In this document: one piece after another, positions 19,442 through 27,317 of the stretch
Position numbering within the stretch: the first letter of the stretch is position 1
How the letters are laid out: each line of letters opens with the position of its first letter
Virus record (IMG/VR): IMGVR_UViG_3300032284_001308
Location: 1-58,421 of that record
Source of the DNA: a virus
Lineage: Duplodnaviria > Caudoviricetes
DNA length: 58,421 bases
Reading direction: 5' to 3' (one strand)
Notes under the pieces: generated by a model
What the model was told of the DNA's origin: nothing
The model's input: the letters and a program-made list of their open reading frames with translations, nothing else
Databases searched by the model: none
Made by a program: the position numbers and the translations under genes

Positions 19442-21411
19442 CTCGCCAGTGTTGCGCCTCCTATTACACAACCCGTTCTTACGACGGCAGCGGTAATACG
19501 CTCTGGTCCGCGAACTATTCTCCGAATCTCGTCAGTTCCGAGAGCAACGGCGGGGTGACGTGTCAGGTCGTCGGAACGTCAAACGTGTTTGTGGGCGGTG
19601 TCCGGTACAGCGGATCTTACGGGTACTTCTCGTTGGTCGCGTTTGACCTTTCAACGGGTGCGGTGAGTTGGGTTCGTGACCTGCAAACAGACGCTGCGGG
19701 AACGGTATCCAGTTATGACACTGGCGTTCCGGTGAAATTGTGCCTCGACAACAGCGGCAACATCGTCTGCATGTTGCAGGAAGACTCTCACGCGAATCAG
19801 GCATTCGTCACGGTCACGCAATCCGGATCATTGGTGGTCGTCAAAAACATCACGATCCCGGCAGCGTATCCGGCAACTCCCGCGACCGATTTCGTGGTTG
19901 CATCGGATGACAGTTATCACATCTTGAGGCCGTACCATCGATACGGGAGTCCCGGAAGCTCGAATATCCAAGGCGTCATCGACTGGTGGCAAAGTCCATT
20001 CAGTTCCGCACCAACATCCTACGAGATTGAGTACAACGACGCCACATACGGCGACAGTGCGTCGATCCTTCATTCGTTCATTCGCAACAGCAATCGAAAC
20101 TATTACGGGTTCCACTACGACACGGGACCAACTCGGCTTTCATTGCTGAAGGGAAAGTCACAATCCGCACCATCAAAAGTACGTTCTGATTTCGACTGGA
20201 AACAGTTGGCGTTAGCCGTGGTGACTGGAATCGCTGTTGATGGCTCCGGAAACGTCTATGTTGTTGGCGCGTCATCAACAGCCAGCCCGCCAAGCTACCT
20301 GCAAAAGTACAATTCATCCGGGACTCTGATGTGGTCTACCGAATGCGGCGGATTGCTCGTTGCCATTGGTTCAGACGGGTACATTTACACGTTCGGCGAA
20401 GACTTTCCGTCACCGTATCCACAAGGGGCGACCGTTCAGCAGTATACTACTGGAGGAACATTCAATTGGGGGCACAAGCACGTTGCGTCCACATCATCCA
20501 GCGGCACATACCAAGCAGCATTGATCGGATCGTCGAGCAATCCCGGTGTGATCGTTTCCGGGCAGGCTCACGCTTACACGTCCTATGCGTCGAAACTGTC
20601 GTCAACGGATGTCAACTTCCTTTCAAACCCATGCACGACGACGCCGGGATGCACGGGCGATTGCAACTACACGGCATCCGTCGACACGATAACCACGACA
20701 ACCTACGACAGCGGTTCAGGATCGTTCACGACATCCGAAAATTGTCAAATAGAAATCCATTCGTGGGGCGGTGGCGGCGGCGGTGCCGGAACTGATACTG
20801 GCACACATGGATGGCAAGGGGGAGGCTCGGGCGGATATGTGATCACCGGACCATATCCAGCTTTAGCAGGAGAAACAGTCAACTACTCCATTGGCGTGGG
20901 GGGCAATCCCGGTACAAATTCCGGTGTGTCAGATGGATCAAATGGTGGAGATACAATGCTCACCGGATTCTTCACGGCAACGGCAGGCGGAGGCAAAGGT
21001 GGCCTTGGCGACAATCCGGGTACAAACACCGGGGCAGGAGGGATTGCATCTGGCGATACAACGGCGACGAATGGCAATACCGGCTTGACGTCGGCAACCA
21101 GCGGCGGAGGTAATGGTGGGTCCGCGCCAGGAGGCGGCGGATCTGGTGGAACTGGTGGAGCGTCGTCAGGTTCAGACGGGTCTCCCGGTACAGTACCTGG
21201 CGGCGGCGGCGGCGGCAGCGGAAAACACGGAACCAGCGGGGGTGCCGGTGCTCACGGTCGCGTAACGATTACGATCACGCTCTATAAATGGGTAACTGGA
21301 TCAAATAGTTGCTCGGGAAGCTGCTCGTCATGCCCATCGGCGGCCACAATCCAGTCTGAAATCGGACGGCCTACGTCATCAACAGACACATTCGCATTGC
21401 CATGTTCATGA
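19438..21411 (+). CDS. Putative receptor-binding protein: beta-propeller plus glycine-rich domain
   Basis: IAVDGSGNVYVVG / KYNSSGTLMW blades; WGGGGGG...GAHGRVTI domain. Confidence 0.7.
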   Translation: MTRQCCASYYTTRSYDGSGNTLWSANYSPNLVSSESNGGVTCQVVGTSNVFVGGVRYSGSYGYFSLVAFDLSTGAVSWVRDLQTDAAGTVSSYDTGVPVKLCLDNSGNIVCMLQEDSHANQAFVTVTQSGSLVVVKNITIPAAYPATPATDFVVASDDSYHILRPYHRYGSPGSSNIQGVIDWWQSPFSSAPTSYEIEYNDATYGDSASILHSFIRNSNRNYYGFHYDTGPTRLSLLKGKSQSAPSKVRSDFDWKQLALAVVTGIAVDGSGNVYVVGASSTASPPSYLQKYNSSGTLMWSTECGGLLVAIGSDGYIYTFGEDFPSPYPQGATVQQYTTGGTFNWGHKHVASTSSSGTYQAALIGSSSNPGVIVSGQAHAYTSYASKLSSTDVNFLSNPCTTTPGCTGDCNYTASVDTITTTTYDSGSGSFTTSENCQIEIHSWGGGGGGAGTDTGTHGWQGGGSGGYVITGPYPALAGETVNYSIGVGGNPGTNSGVSDGSNGGDTMLTGFFTATAGGGKGGLGDNPGTNTGAGGIASGDTTATNGNTGLTSATSGGGNGGSAPGGGGSGGTGGASSGSDGSPGTVPGGGGGGSGKHGTSGGAGAHGRVTITITLYKWVTGSNSCSGSCSSCPSAATIQSEIGRPTSSTDTFALPCS

Positions 21412-21794
21412 TTGATTGTCGTCACAATCTCGGAGTCTATGGGACGATCTCGCGCGATGAATACTCGGCAGTCACGATCTATACTTGCAACGAACTCGGA
21501 AGATGCGTTTTGGCGGCATCAGAACTGAAGCTGGTCAGATTGCCGGGCGCGGTGACGTGCGAGGGATGCAAGATATTCACGGCACGCACGCGGCCAGATT
21601 TCCTTGCCTGCTCCAATCGCGGCGACGAAACCGGAAAACGGCTTGATTGCCAATGCGGAGTTGACAAGTCTATTTATCGCTGCAGCATCCACGGCGAGTG
21701 CTTGAAACGATTACCGCCAGCGAAGACGAAAGAAGACTTCGGAGCAGCACTGGACGGAGTGTCCATCTGCTCAACGTGTCGGGATGTGGCCTAA
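21402..21794 (+). CDS. Cys-rich protein with duplicated C.H.G...C..HG.C...CxxC unit
   Basis: Cys pattern; last gene of tail operon. Confidence 0.7.
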   Translation: MFMIDCRHNLGVYGTISRDEYSAVTIYTCNELGRCVLAASELKLVRLPGAVTCEGCKIFTARTRPDFLACSNRGDETGKRLDCQCGVDKSIYRCSIHGECLKRLPPAKTKEDFGAALDGVSICSTCRDVA

Positions 21795-22069
21795 TCAGCC
21801 TTGTGCGCGAATGACGGCAGGTTCTTGATCAGCGGTGCGGATAGATCGCCGTTGACATGCTCAGACTGAAGAATCGCGTTCGAGGTCTCGTTGAATTTGT
21901 TCGCTGCTTTGTTGTCGGCGTTCATCTGCTGAACTTGCCGGAAGCTCTCGCAACCGAGCATCAGTCCAAACGCAGCCACGCCAGCGAGTCCAGGTCCGAT
22001 CACGTCACCGATCACGGGCGTGCCAAGTATCGCGGACAGCAGTTTTTTCAGGTCACGGAACATGGTCAA
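21791..22069 (-). CDS. Hypothetical membrane protein
   Basis: Hydrophobic segment; converges with tail operon. Confidence 0.55.
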   Translation of the reverse strand: MTMFRDLKKLLSAILGTPVIGDVIGPGLAGVAAFGLMLGCESFRQVQQMNADNKAANKFNETSNAILQSEHVNGDLSAPLIKNLPSFAHKAD

Positions 22070-22169
22070 GCCCTTTTGTGAAGTGGATCACGTCATAGCA
22101 ACGGGATTCACGCTCGATCGGATCACAGGATACAAAGCGTTTGCGGAATTGTCAGCGAAATTGTGGCCG

Positions 22170-22187
22170 TGTCTAAAATTTTAGACA
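22170..22187. repeat. 18-bp palindrome TGTCTAAAATTTTAGACA (copy 2)
   Basis: Exact core; contains the stop codon of 22181-22378. Confidence 0.9.
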
Positions 22188-22378
22188 TTTGCGGCGTCAG
22201 TTCGTTTTTCGTCTAGGATCTCGTCAATGGTCTCGATCTCGTTCTGGATACATTCCAGCATCGATTCGAGTTCTCGGATTCGTATCAATCGAATATTCCA
22301 CATCCGTTTTAGAGTGTCGGAACTCATTGTTCTCCACAATGCAGCCTCGCTGAAGATCGTATCTGTTTGTCCGCTCAT
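22181..22378 (-). CDS. Hypothetical coiled-coil protein
   Basis: G-rich RBS, overlapped with upstream stop. Confidence 0.6.
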   Translation of the reverse strand: MSGQTDTIFSEAALWRTMSSDTLKRMWNIRLIRIRELESMLECIQNEIETIDEILDEKRTDAANV

Positions 22379-22530
22379 TCCCCCGCCTCCGTAAGCTGTT
22401 CGATCACCCACTCAACGGCAGCGTCTCCGTCAGTTACGGCGGGATTGTCGCGGAGTGCTTCCAGCGTCTCTAACACTCGTTTGAGCGTGTCCGTGCGGTG
22501 TCGCATGTCGAGTGATTGTTCTGATGTCAC
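22375..22530 (-). CDS. Hypothetical protein (51 aa)
   Basis: Hand-translated; overlaps both neighbours by 4 nt. Confidence 0.5.
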   Translation of the reverse strand: MTSEQSLDMRHRTDTLKRVLETLEALRDNPAVTDGDAAVEWVIEQLTEAGE

Positions 22531-22730
22531 TTGTCCCCCTCCTGTTTCTTCGCACGCTTTCCGGGTTCGGTGCGTGCCACAAACTTGATCTTGAGCCGTT
22601 TCCGTGCTGATTCCAGTCGCGGACTCTCCCGCAACAACTCTTCCACAAGCGGGCCGAATTTCGCGTTGGAGGCCATGTCTCGCAGCACGGACTCAAGCTC
22701 CTCCGTGATGTTGATCGTGATCCGTTTCAA
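22527..22730 (-). CDS. Ribbon-helix-helix (CopG-like) protein
   Basis: KRITINITEEL...LVEELLRE. Confidence 0.6.
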   Translation of the reverse strand: MKRITINITEELESVLRDMASNAKFGPLVEELLRESPRLESARKRLKIKFVARTEPGKRAKKQEGDK

Positions 22731-22882
22731 CCTGCCTCCCGTGCGTTCTTATTGGAGTGCATCGATTCCCATCCCGCAAACCATTCGTCACGGGCAAACG
22801 ATCCGGTGCAATATGGGTTTGTTTCCCTAAGATGCCCATTCAAAAAAGCGTCTCGTCCGTTTTTGTATGCGTCGCTCATCAT
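22727..22882 (-). CDS. Rmf/CrpP-fold small protein (51 aa)
   Basis: Hand-translated AYKNGRDAFLNG...NPY...EWFAGW; G-rich RBS; 4-nt overlap with next gene. Confidence 0.6.
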   Translation of the reverse strand: MMSDAYKNGRDAFLNGHLRETNPYCTGSFARDEWFAGWESMHSNKNAREAG

Positions 22883-22909
22883 TCCCCCTATTGCGTGACC
22901 CGCCGCGAG

Positions 22910-23173
22910 TTAAGAATTAAAACCGAACATTGCAGCCGCTGCCGCATTGGATTCTTCAACTGAATCGTCAAAGCCGGGAAGTTCTTTGATCTGTCGCAAG
23001 ATTTCTTTTTCTGCCGCGTCCGCTGCGAGGTAAGCGACGTGAACACCATCAGCAGCAGCGGGTCCATACTCTTTCGCCAACTCCCACGCCTTCAGTAGTG
23101 ACTGTGCGTCGTCACGACATTTATTTGCGCTGGCGAATGCTCGTTTAATCACGTCTTGTTGAGTTGCGTCCAT
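22910..23173 (-). CDS. Hypothetical protein
   Basis: Start follows repeated 23-bp leader. Confidence 0.65.
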   Translation of the reverse strand: MDATQQDVIKRAFASANKCRDDAQSLLKAWELAKEYGPAAADGVHVAYLAADAAEKEILRQIKELPGFDDSVEESNAAAAAMFGFNS

Positions 23174-23174
23174 G

Positions 23175-23551
23175 TTCTCGTCTCCCGTTCGGTGTTGACC
23201 CGCCGCGAGATTGCGGACGGGTGCGGTTATCGTATTATTGCTGTGAATTCTTATCGCGAATCGCCTGAAGTTCTTTCGCTTTGACGGTGAACTGCTGTTT
23301 TCTAGCTCCAGCACTGGCTGTGTGTGCCCCGACAGTTTCCGGCAAATCAACAGCAGTTATCACAGATCGCTCAAGCCATCGGGCACACGCAACTGCCGTG
23401 TCTTCTTCAACTCCCGCTTCAACGGCCAGTGACTTTGCTAATTCTACTGCATGAGCAGCTTCAGCCTTTCGGGCTGCTCGGTACTCACTGTCGCTCACAA
23501 CGATTGCGTCAGTTTGTTCGTATCTCATTTCTCGTCTCCCGTTCGGTGTTG
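23175..23551 (-). repeat. 23-bp direct repeat leader CAACACCGAACGGGAGACGAGAA (23175-23197, 23529-23551)
   Basis: Exact copies each just before an ATG. Confidence 0.85.
23235..23528 (-). CDS. Hypothetical protein
   Basis: Start follows repeated 23-bp leader. Confidence 0.65.
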   Translation of the reverse strand: MRYEQTDAIVVSDSEYRAARKAEAAHAVELAKSLAVEAGVEEDTAVACARWLERSVITAVDLPETVGAHTASAGARKQQFTVKAKELQAIRDKNSQQ

Positions 23552-23569
23552 GTTGCTGCCACGTCTCCA

Positions 23570-23598
23570 AATATACAGACGATATCGGCGACAGTCAA
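23570..23598 (-). promoter_or_regulatory. Sigma70 promoter TTGACT-17-TATATT
   Basis: Near-consensus, GCCGATA in spacer. Confidence 0.7.
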
Positions 23599-23665
23599 TC
23601 TAATTATGCAGACATTTGCGAAATAATTCTGGAATTCGCGAAAACCTCGGGAAATCATGGGCGAA

Positions 23666-24097
23666 TCAGAACGGCACTTCATCCGGCGTGACACCAGCGG
23701 CCACAGATTCCATCGCGGGAGCACTCTCGACGGCGGCTCGTGGCGTTTTGTGCGATTCCGTGCGTGATCCCAAGAGTTGCATGGTCTCGCCGATCACCTT
23801 CAGCTTCGAGCGATTCTGGCCGGTCGCTTTGTCGGTCCAGGTCTCGGTTCTTAACTTGCCCTCGATCAGAACGGACGATCCTTTGCTGGTGTACTTCTCG
23901 AATATGCCACAGACCACGCCGAAGAACGAGCATTCAAGGTAAGTCACGCTCTCGACTTTGTTGCCGTCCTTGCCCTTATAGCTGTCGTTGATCGCGAGGC
24001 TGATCTCACAGACCTGCGTGCCGGACGGAAGCGTTTTTATGTCTGGGTCGCGTGTCAAATTGCCAACGGCGATTACTTTTGAAAAACTTGCGGCCAC
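23666..24097 (-). CDS. ssb: Single-stranded DNA-binding protein
   Basis: GNLTRDP, KGSSVLIEGKL, acidic DEVPF tail. Confidence 0.97.
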   Translation of the reverse strand: MAASFSKVIAVGNLTRDPDIKTLPSGTQVCEISLAINDSYKGKDGNKVESVTYLECSFFGVVCGIFEKYTSKGSSVLIEGKLRTETWTDKATGQNRSKLKVIGETMQLLGSRTESHKTPRAAVESAPAMESVAAGVTPDEVPF

Positions 24098-24126
24098 TGT
24101 CTGTTCCTTTGAGTATTGACGAGCTT

Positions 24127-24420
24127 CTAAACGCCTTCTTCGTCGTGACCGTTTTCACGCAAGTTCCGGTACTCGGAAAACTCGCGTTCAAGGTCCATGT
24201 AATCTTTTGCGCAATCGTTGATCGTTTTTTGGTAATCGATCAGCAGGTCCATATACGCAATCGGCTTCAGTCCGACATGGAAGCACTCTTCCACGAAGTC
24301 GAACATCTTGTTGCGTGCGGAATCGTTCATTCCATCGTAAACGCATTGGGAATCAATCGCCTCGTTAGCCTCAATGTACTCGACGGCCCAGCATTCAGCC
24401 TCTTCTCTCATGCTCGCCAT
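24127..24420 (-). CDS. Hypothetical protein
   Basis: Tightly packed ORF with GGAGG RBS. Confidence 0.7.
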   Translation of the reverse strand: MASMREEAECWAVEYIEANEAIDSQCVYDGMNDSARNKMFDFVEECFHVGLKPIAYMDLLIDYQKTINDCAKDYMDLEREFSEYRNLRENGHDEEGV

Positions 24421-24707
24421 TATGCGGCCTCCTGAATCATTTCAAACGAGTGTTTAATCTCACGCACCATCTGTTCGATCAATTCGAGCGACGAATCTCC
24501 GGGCATTTCGAGGTCACGGAATCCGCCACGATTTTTGACTGTCGCCACGGCAAACGCGACTGCGGCGAAAATCTTCTGATCGTCGGTATACGGTCGTTCA
24601 GTGACCTCGATTCGCGCGGATTCTGTCAATGCGTTCAAAAGTGTGATCGTGTTTTCGTCCATTGAGGGTGTCCTTTTGTTGTTACTGAAATAGATGCCGG
24701 TACTCAT
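24420..24707 (-). CDS. Hypothetical protein
   Basis: Overlaps neighbours. Confidence 0.65.
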   Translation of the reverse strand: MSTGIYFSNNKRTPSMDENTITLLNALTESARIEVTERPYTDDQKIFAAVAFAVATVKNRGGFRDLEMPGDSSLELIEQMVREIKHSFEMIQEAA

Positions 24708-25141
24708 TGTCCAGCAGCACGCCTTGATCCAGCCACGGGGCCGGTTTCGTTGAATTGTTCCGCATTCTTTTTCCGTCGCTCGTAATGCTCGTATGCGGCG
24801 TCGAGATCATGGTTCAAGCCGGTTGCAAGTCCAGCGGCTTGTCCGACCGTTAGGCGCATAAACACGCCACCAATGCGAACTGTAATCTTGCCCGTCGATG
24901 GTTCATATGCGGTTTCTGGTTCGTCGTTGTCGGTAACGACGGTCGCCTTTCCGTTTCTCTGTCGAATGTTTCTGGCTTCGACGAATCGGGCGGCTAAATC
25001 ATCGTCAATGTTTTTACCGATGACGGTCGATTTCCATCCCATTCGCGGCGGCGTTTGCACTCCGATAATCTCAAGCTGCGCATATGTCCACGATCCTTTT
25101 TCCGTCGAGTTCTCAATCAACCATTTGTCAGTGATGATCAT
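24704..25141 (-). CDS. Hypothetical protein
   Basis: AGGAG RBS; GSWTYAQL..IGV..PP..GWK motif. Confidence 0.7.
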   Translation of the reverse strand: MIITDKWLIENSTEKGSWTYAQLEIIGVQTPPRMGWKSTVIGKNIDDDLAARFVEARNIRQRNGKATVVTDNDEPETAYEPSTGKITVRIGGVFMRLTVGQAAGLATGLNHDLDAAYEHYERRKKNAEQFNETGPVAGSRRAAGQ

Positions 25142-25688
25142 TATTCTCTCCTATTGTAGTGTTCTATGCCTATGCAGATTCCCATCTGAAGAAGGCTTGG
25201 ATGCCTGTCTTAGACTTGTCTGGGAATCGCGATCAGGGAGGCGTTTATGGCGTGGGGTTATACCGTTTCTGGCTTCTCTCGTTTGTGATCCAGCTTATAC
25301 AGCCGTTTTGGATACTTCAGATGATGACCGGGACGTATCTGCAATTACAGGATCGACTACCTGCCCGTTGCCCGGAAACTGTCTCACGACAGACGTACCT
25401 TTCGCTGATCACTATTAACAAGCTGCGGGAGTTGTGAACCGCATCCACTCGGGGCTGAATACCCGCAGAGTTCTTTTGCGTGCAAAGTTCTCTGAAACAT
25501 AACGCGCCTCCGTGCTCTTGGACGGGTCCAGAAACGACTGAACCCGCAAACGCTAGCGGACGTCGCGGGTTCATTGAATGTCGTGCGAAAAATCGCGGGA
25601 GATTCTGATGATCGCTAATGCCGCTAGACATTGCAAGTCCCATCCTAAACTGACTCCGCATGTTGCCTAGATCAGTTTCGCAAGAATT

Positions 25689-26087
25689 TTATGGGACTGG
25701 CGAAATTGTTGGTTCGGAGACGGCAGCGACCGTGGGAAACATCCACGATTTAAGTGGATACCTGTCATCGCCACGCGAAACTTTGTCAATCGTCCATCCA
25801 GAATCGATCCAGCGCTGTTCATTGAATCGGCAACAATCATTATCGGGCGTACACTCGCAATCGTCGCCAAAATCAAGTTGTTGGTGTAACCAAAAACCTC
25901 CGTCGCATGTGTTGTATTCAATTTTTTCTACATCAAAAGACTCTATCTCGGGATCGTCATCATCTCCAAGGTTGATTCGCAAGCCCTTGAACGGCACGAA
26001 AGGCATTTCAACCCATCGCGAGAGACGGGCGATAGCGTCTTTTTCGCAAATAGTGAGATATAACCAGCAACCAAATGTGTCGCTCAT
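25689..26087 (-). CDS. Hypothetical protein
   Basis: GAGGGG RBS, acidic 132-aa ORF. Confidence 0.65.
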   Translation of the reverse strand: MSDTFGCWLYLTICEKDAIARLSRWVEMPFVPFKGLRINLGDDDDPEIESFDVEKIEYNTCDGGFWLHQQLDFGDDCECTPDNDCCRFNEQRWIDSGWTIDKVSRGDDRYPLKSWMFPTVAAVSEPTISPVP

Positions 26088-26145
26088 TTTTTCCCCTCAT
26101 TGTCGTGTTTAAAACTGGCCGTAGCCCTGATCAGAGACTCACATT

Positions 26146-26163
26146 TGTCTAAAATTTTAGACA
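26146..26163. repeat. 18-bp palindrome TGTCTAAAATTTTAGACA (copy 3)
   Basis: Exact core abutting stop of PAS-LuxR gene. Confidence 0.9.
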
Positions 26164-26670
26164 TCAATCCAGCAACCCAACCCGAGCGGCGAACGCGATC
26201 AGGCCGTGATTGGTCGCGACCCCGCATTTTTCTCGCAGTCTGTTGCACTGAGCGGCTACAGTACCGTCAGAGACTCCGGCAGCGGCGGCAATATCCTTCA
26301 GCGTCATATCGTTCGCCAGTTGATCCAAGATCGATTTGTCAGCGTCACTGAGTGCGATATCGGGCGGGGCGACCTCAACGGCGTAGCAGACAACCTCGGC
26401 GCCGTGGCAGGGGAGCATGACGACCTTCCAGTGTTCGTACCGTCCACCGATAGCTGACGAGATTTCGTAGTCCTGCCGTTCCTGGTCGATCACACATTTC
26501 GCGAACGCGGTCCTGATCGTTTCAACGTGTTTCGGGTCAGGGTTAAAGTCCCACAGCGGGTGCCCGAGTGCCTGATGTTCTTTTAGTCCACCCTTTTTCG
26601 CCGCGATGCTCATGTTGCTGATCGCGACGAAGTTCCCGCGAAAATCGGCGGCACTTACAAGAGTTTGCAT
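26164..26670 (-). CDS. LuxR-type HTH regulator with putative N-terminal PAS domain
   Basis: LSDADKSIL...TLKDIA...VSDGTV...LREKCGV...A.RVGL; N-term DFRGNFVAISN...LGHPLWDF. Confidence 0.8.
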   Translation of the reverse strand: MQTLVSAADFRGNFVAISNMSIAAKKGGLKEHQALGHPLWDFNPDPKHVETIRTAFAKCVIDQERQDYEISSAIGGRYEHWKVVMLPCHGAEVVCYAVEVAPPDIALSDADKSILDQLANDMTLKDIAAAAGVSDGTVAAQCNRLREKCGVATNHGLIAFAARVGLLD

Positions 26671-26713
26671 TACGTTCCTTGCATGAAAACGATCATGGTG
26701 GTGGATGATGCAA

Positions 26714-26773
26714 GTTATATTCTAAAGAATTATCGTTTGCAATGTTGACAAAATCTAACCAAGCGGTAGATTT
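26714..26773. promoter_or_regulatory. Back-to-back divergent promoters with inverted repeat
   Basis: Leftward TTGCAA-17-TATAAC; rightward TTGACA-16-TAGATT; AAATCTA-9-TAGATTT at 26751-26773. Confidence 0.6.
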
Positions 26774-27047
26774 CGATCCACAATTTCGAAATGCCATACT
26801 CTTGGTGGGGTTCAACTGTGCGTCTTACGTGGGCCAAAATCACAGCGACTTCGAGAACCGGCATGATGTGCCGTGGTTCCGGTCGGATCTCAAGCAGGGA
26901 GGCGATCATCTTTTAAGCGCTGCCCAACCCGCACCACACGACGGGCGGCGAAAGCGAAAAACCCCGGCGAGGACTGGCATCCTCACCGGGGCATTGATTC
27001 GCCGCATCATCGAAACTCCCCCAAGCACTACCAAAGGGTTTTTTCAC

Positions 27048-27317
27048 ATGCGTGACGAAACAATAGGCACTGTACGTATGGAAAGCAAGCGAAATCTTCC
27101 ACCGGGCCTTTCAGTAGGCGTGATTCCTCCAGACGGAACACAGCTATCGCTGTCAATCTGGATGCAGATTTTGGAAATTGACGAGACGGAGAAAGACGCT
27201 TTTCGGAAACAATTGCAACGGGACGGGATCGAGGTCAAGCCGTTCTGTCGTAATCCTTTTATCGACTCTACACACTTTCGACGTGTGATTTTTGCCGGAA
27301 AGAACGGGACCGAATGA
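27048..27317 (+). CDS. Hypothetical protein coupled to integrase
   Basis: ATGA overlap with int; start uncertain (27048 or 27078). Confidence 0.6.
   Translation: MRDETIGTVRMESKRNLPPGLSVGVIPPDGTQLSLSIWMQILEIDETEKDAFRKQLQRDGIEVKPFCRNPFIDSTHFRRVIFAGKNGTE

Noticed and set aside
26131-26143. Group I intron R-like TCAGAGACT
   Set aside because: No S element or interrupted gene found
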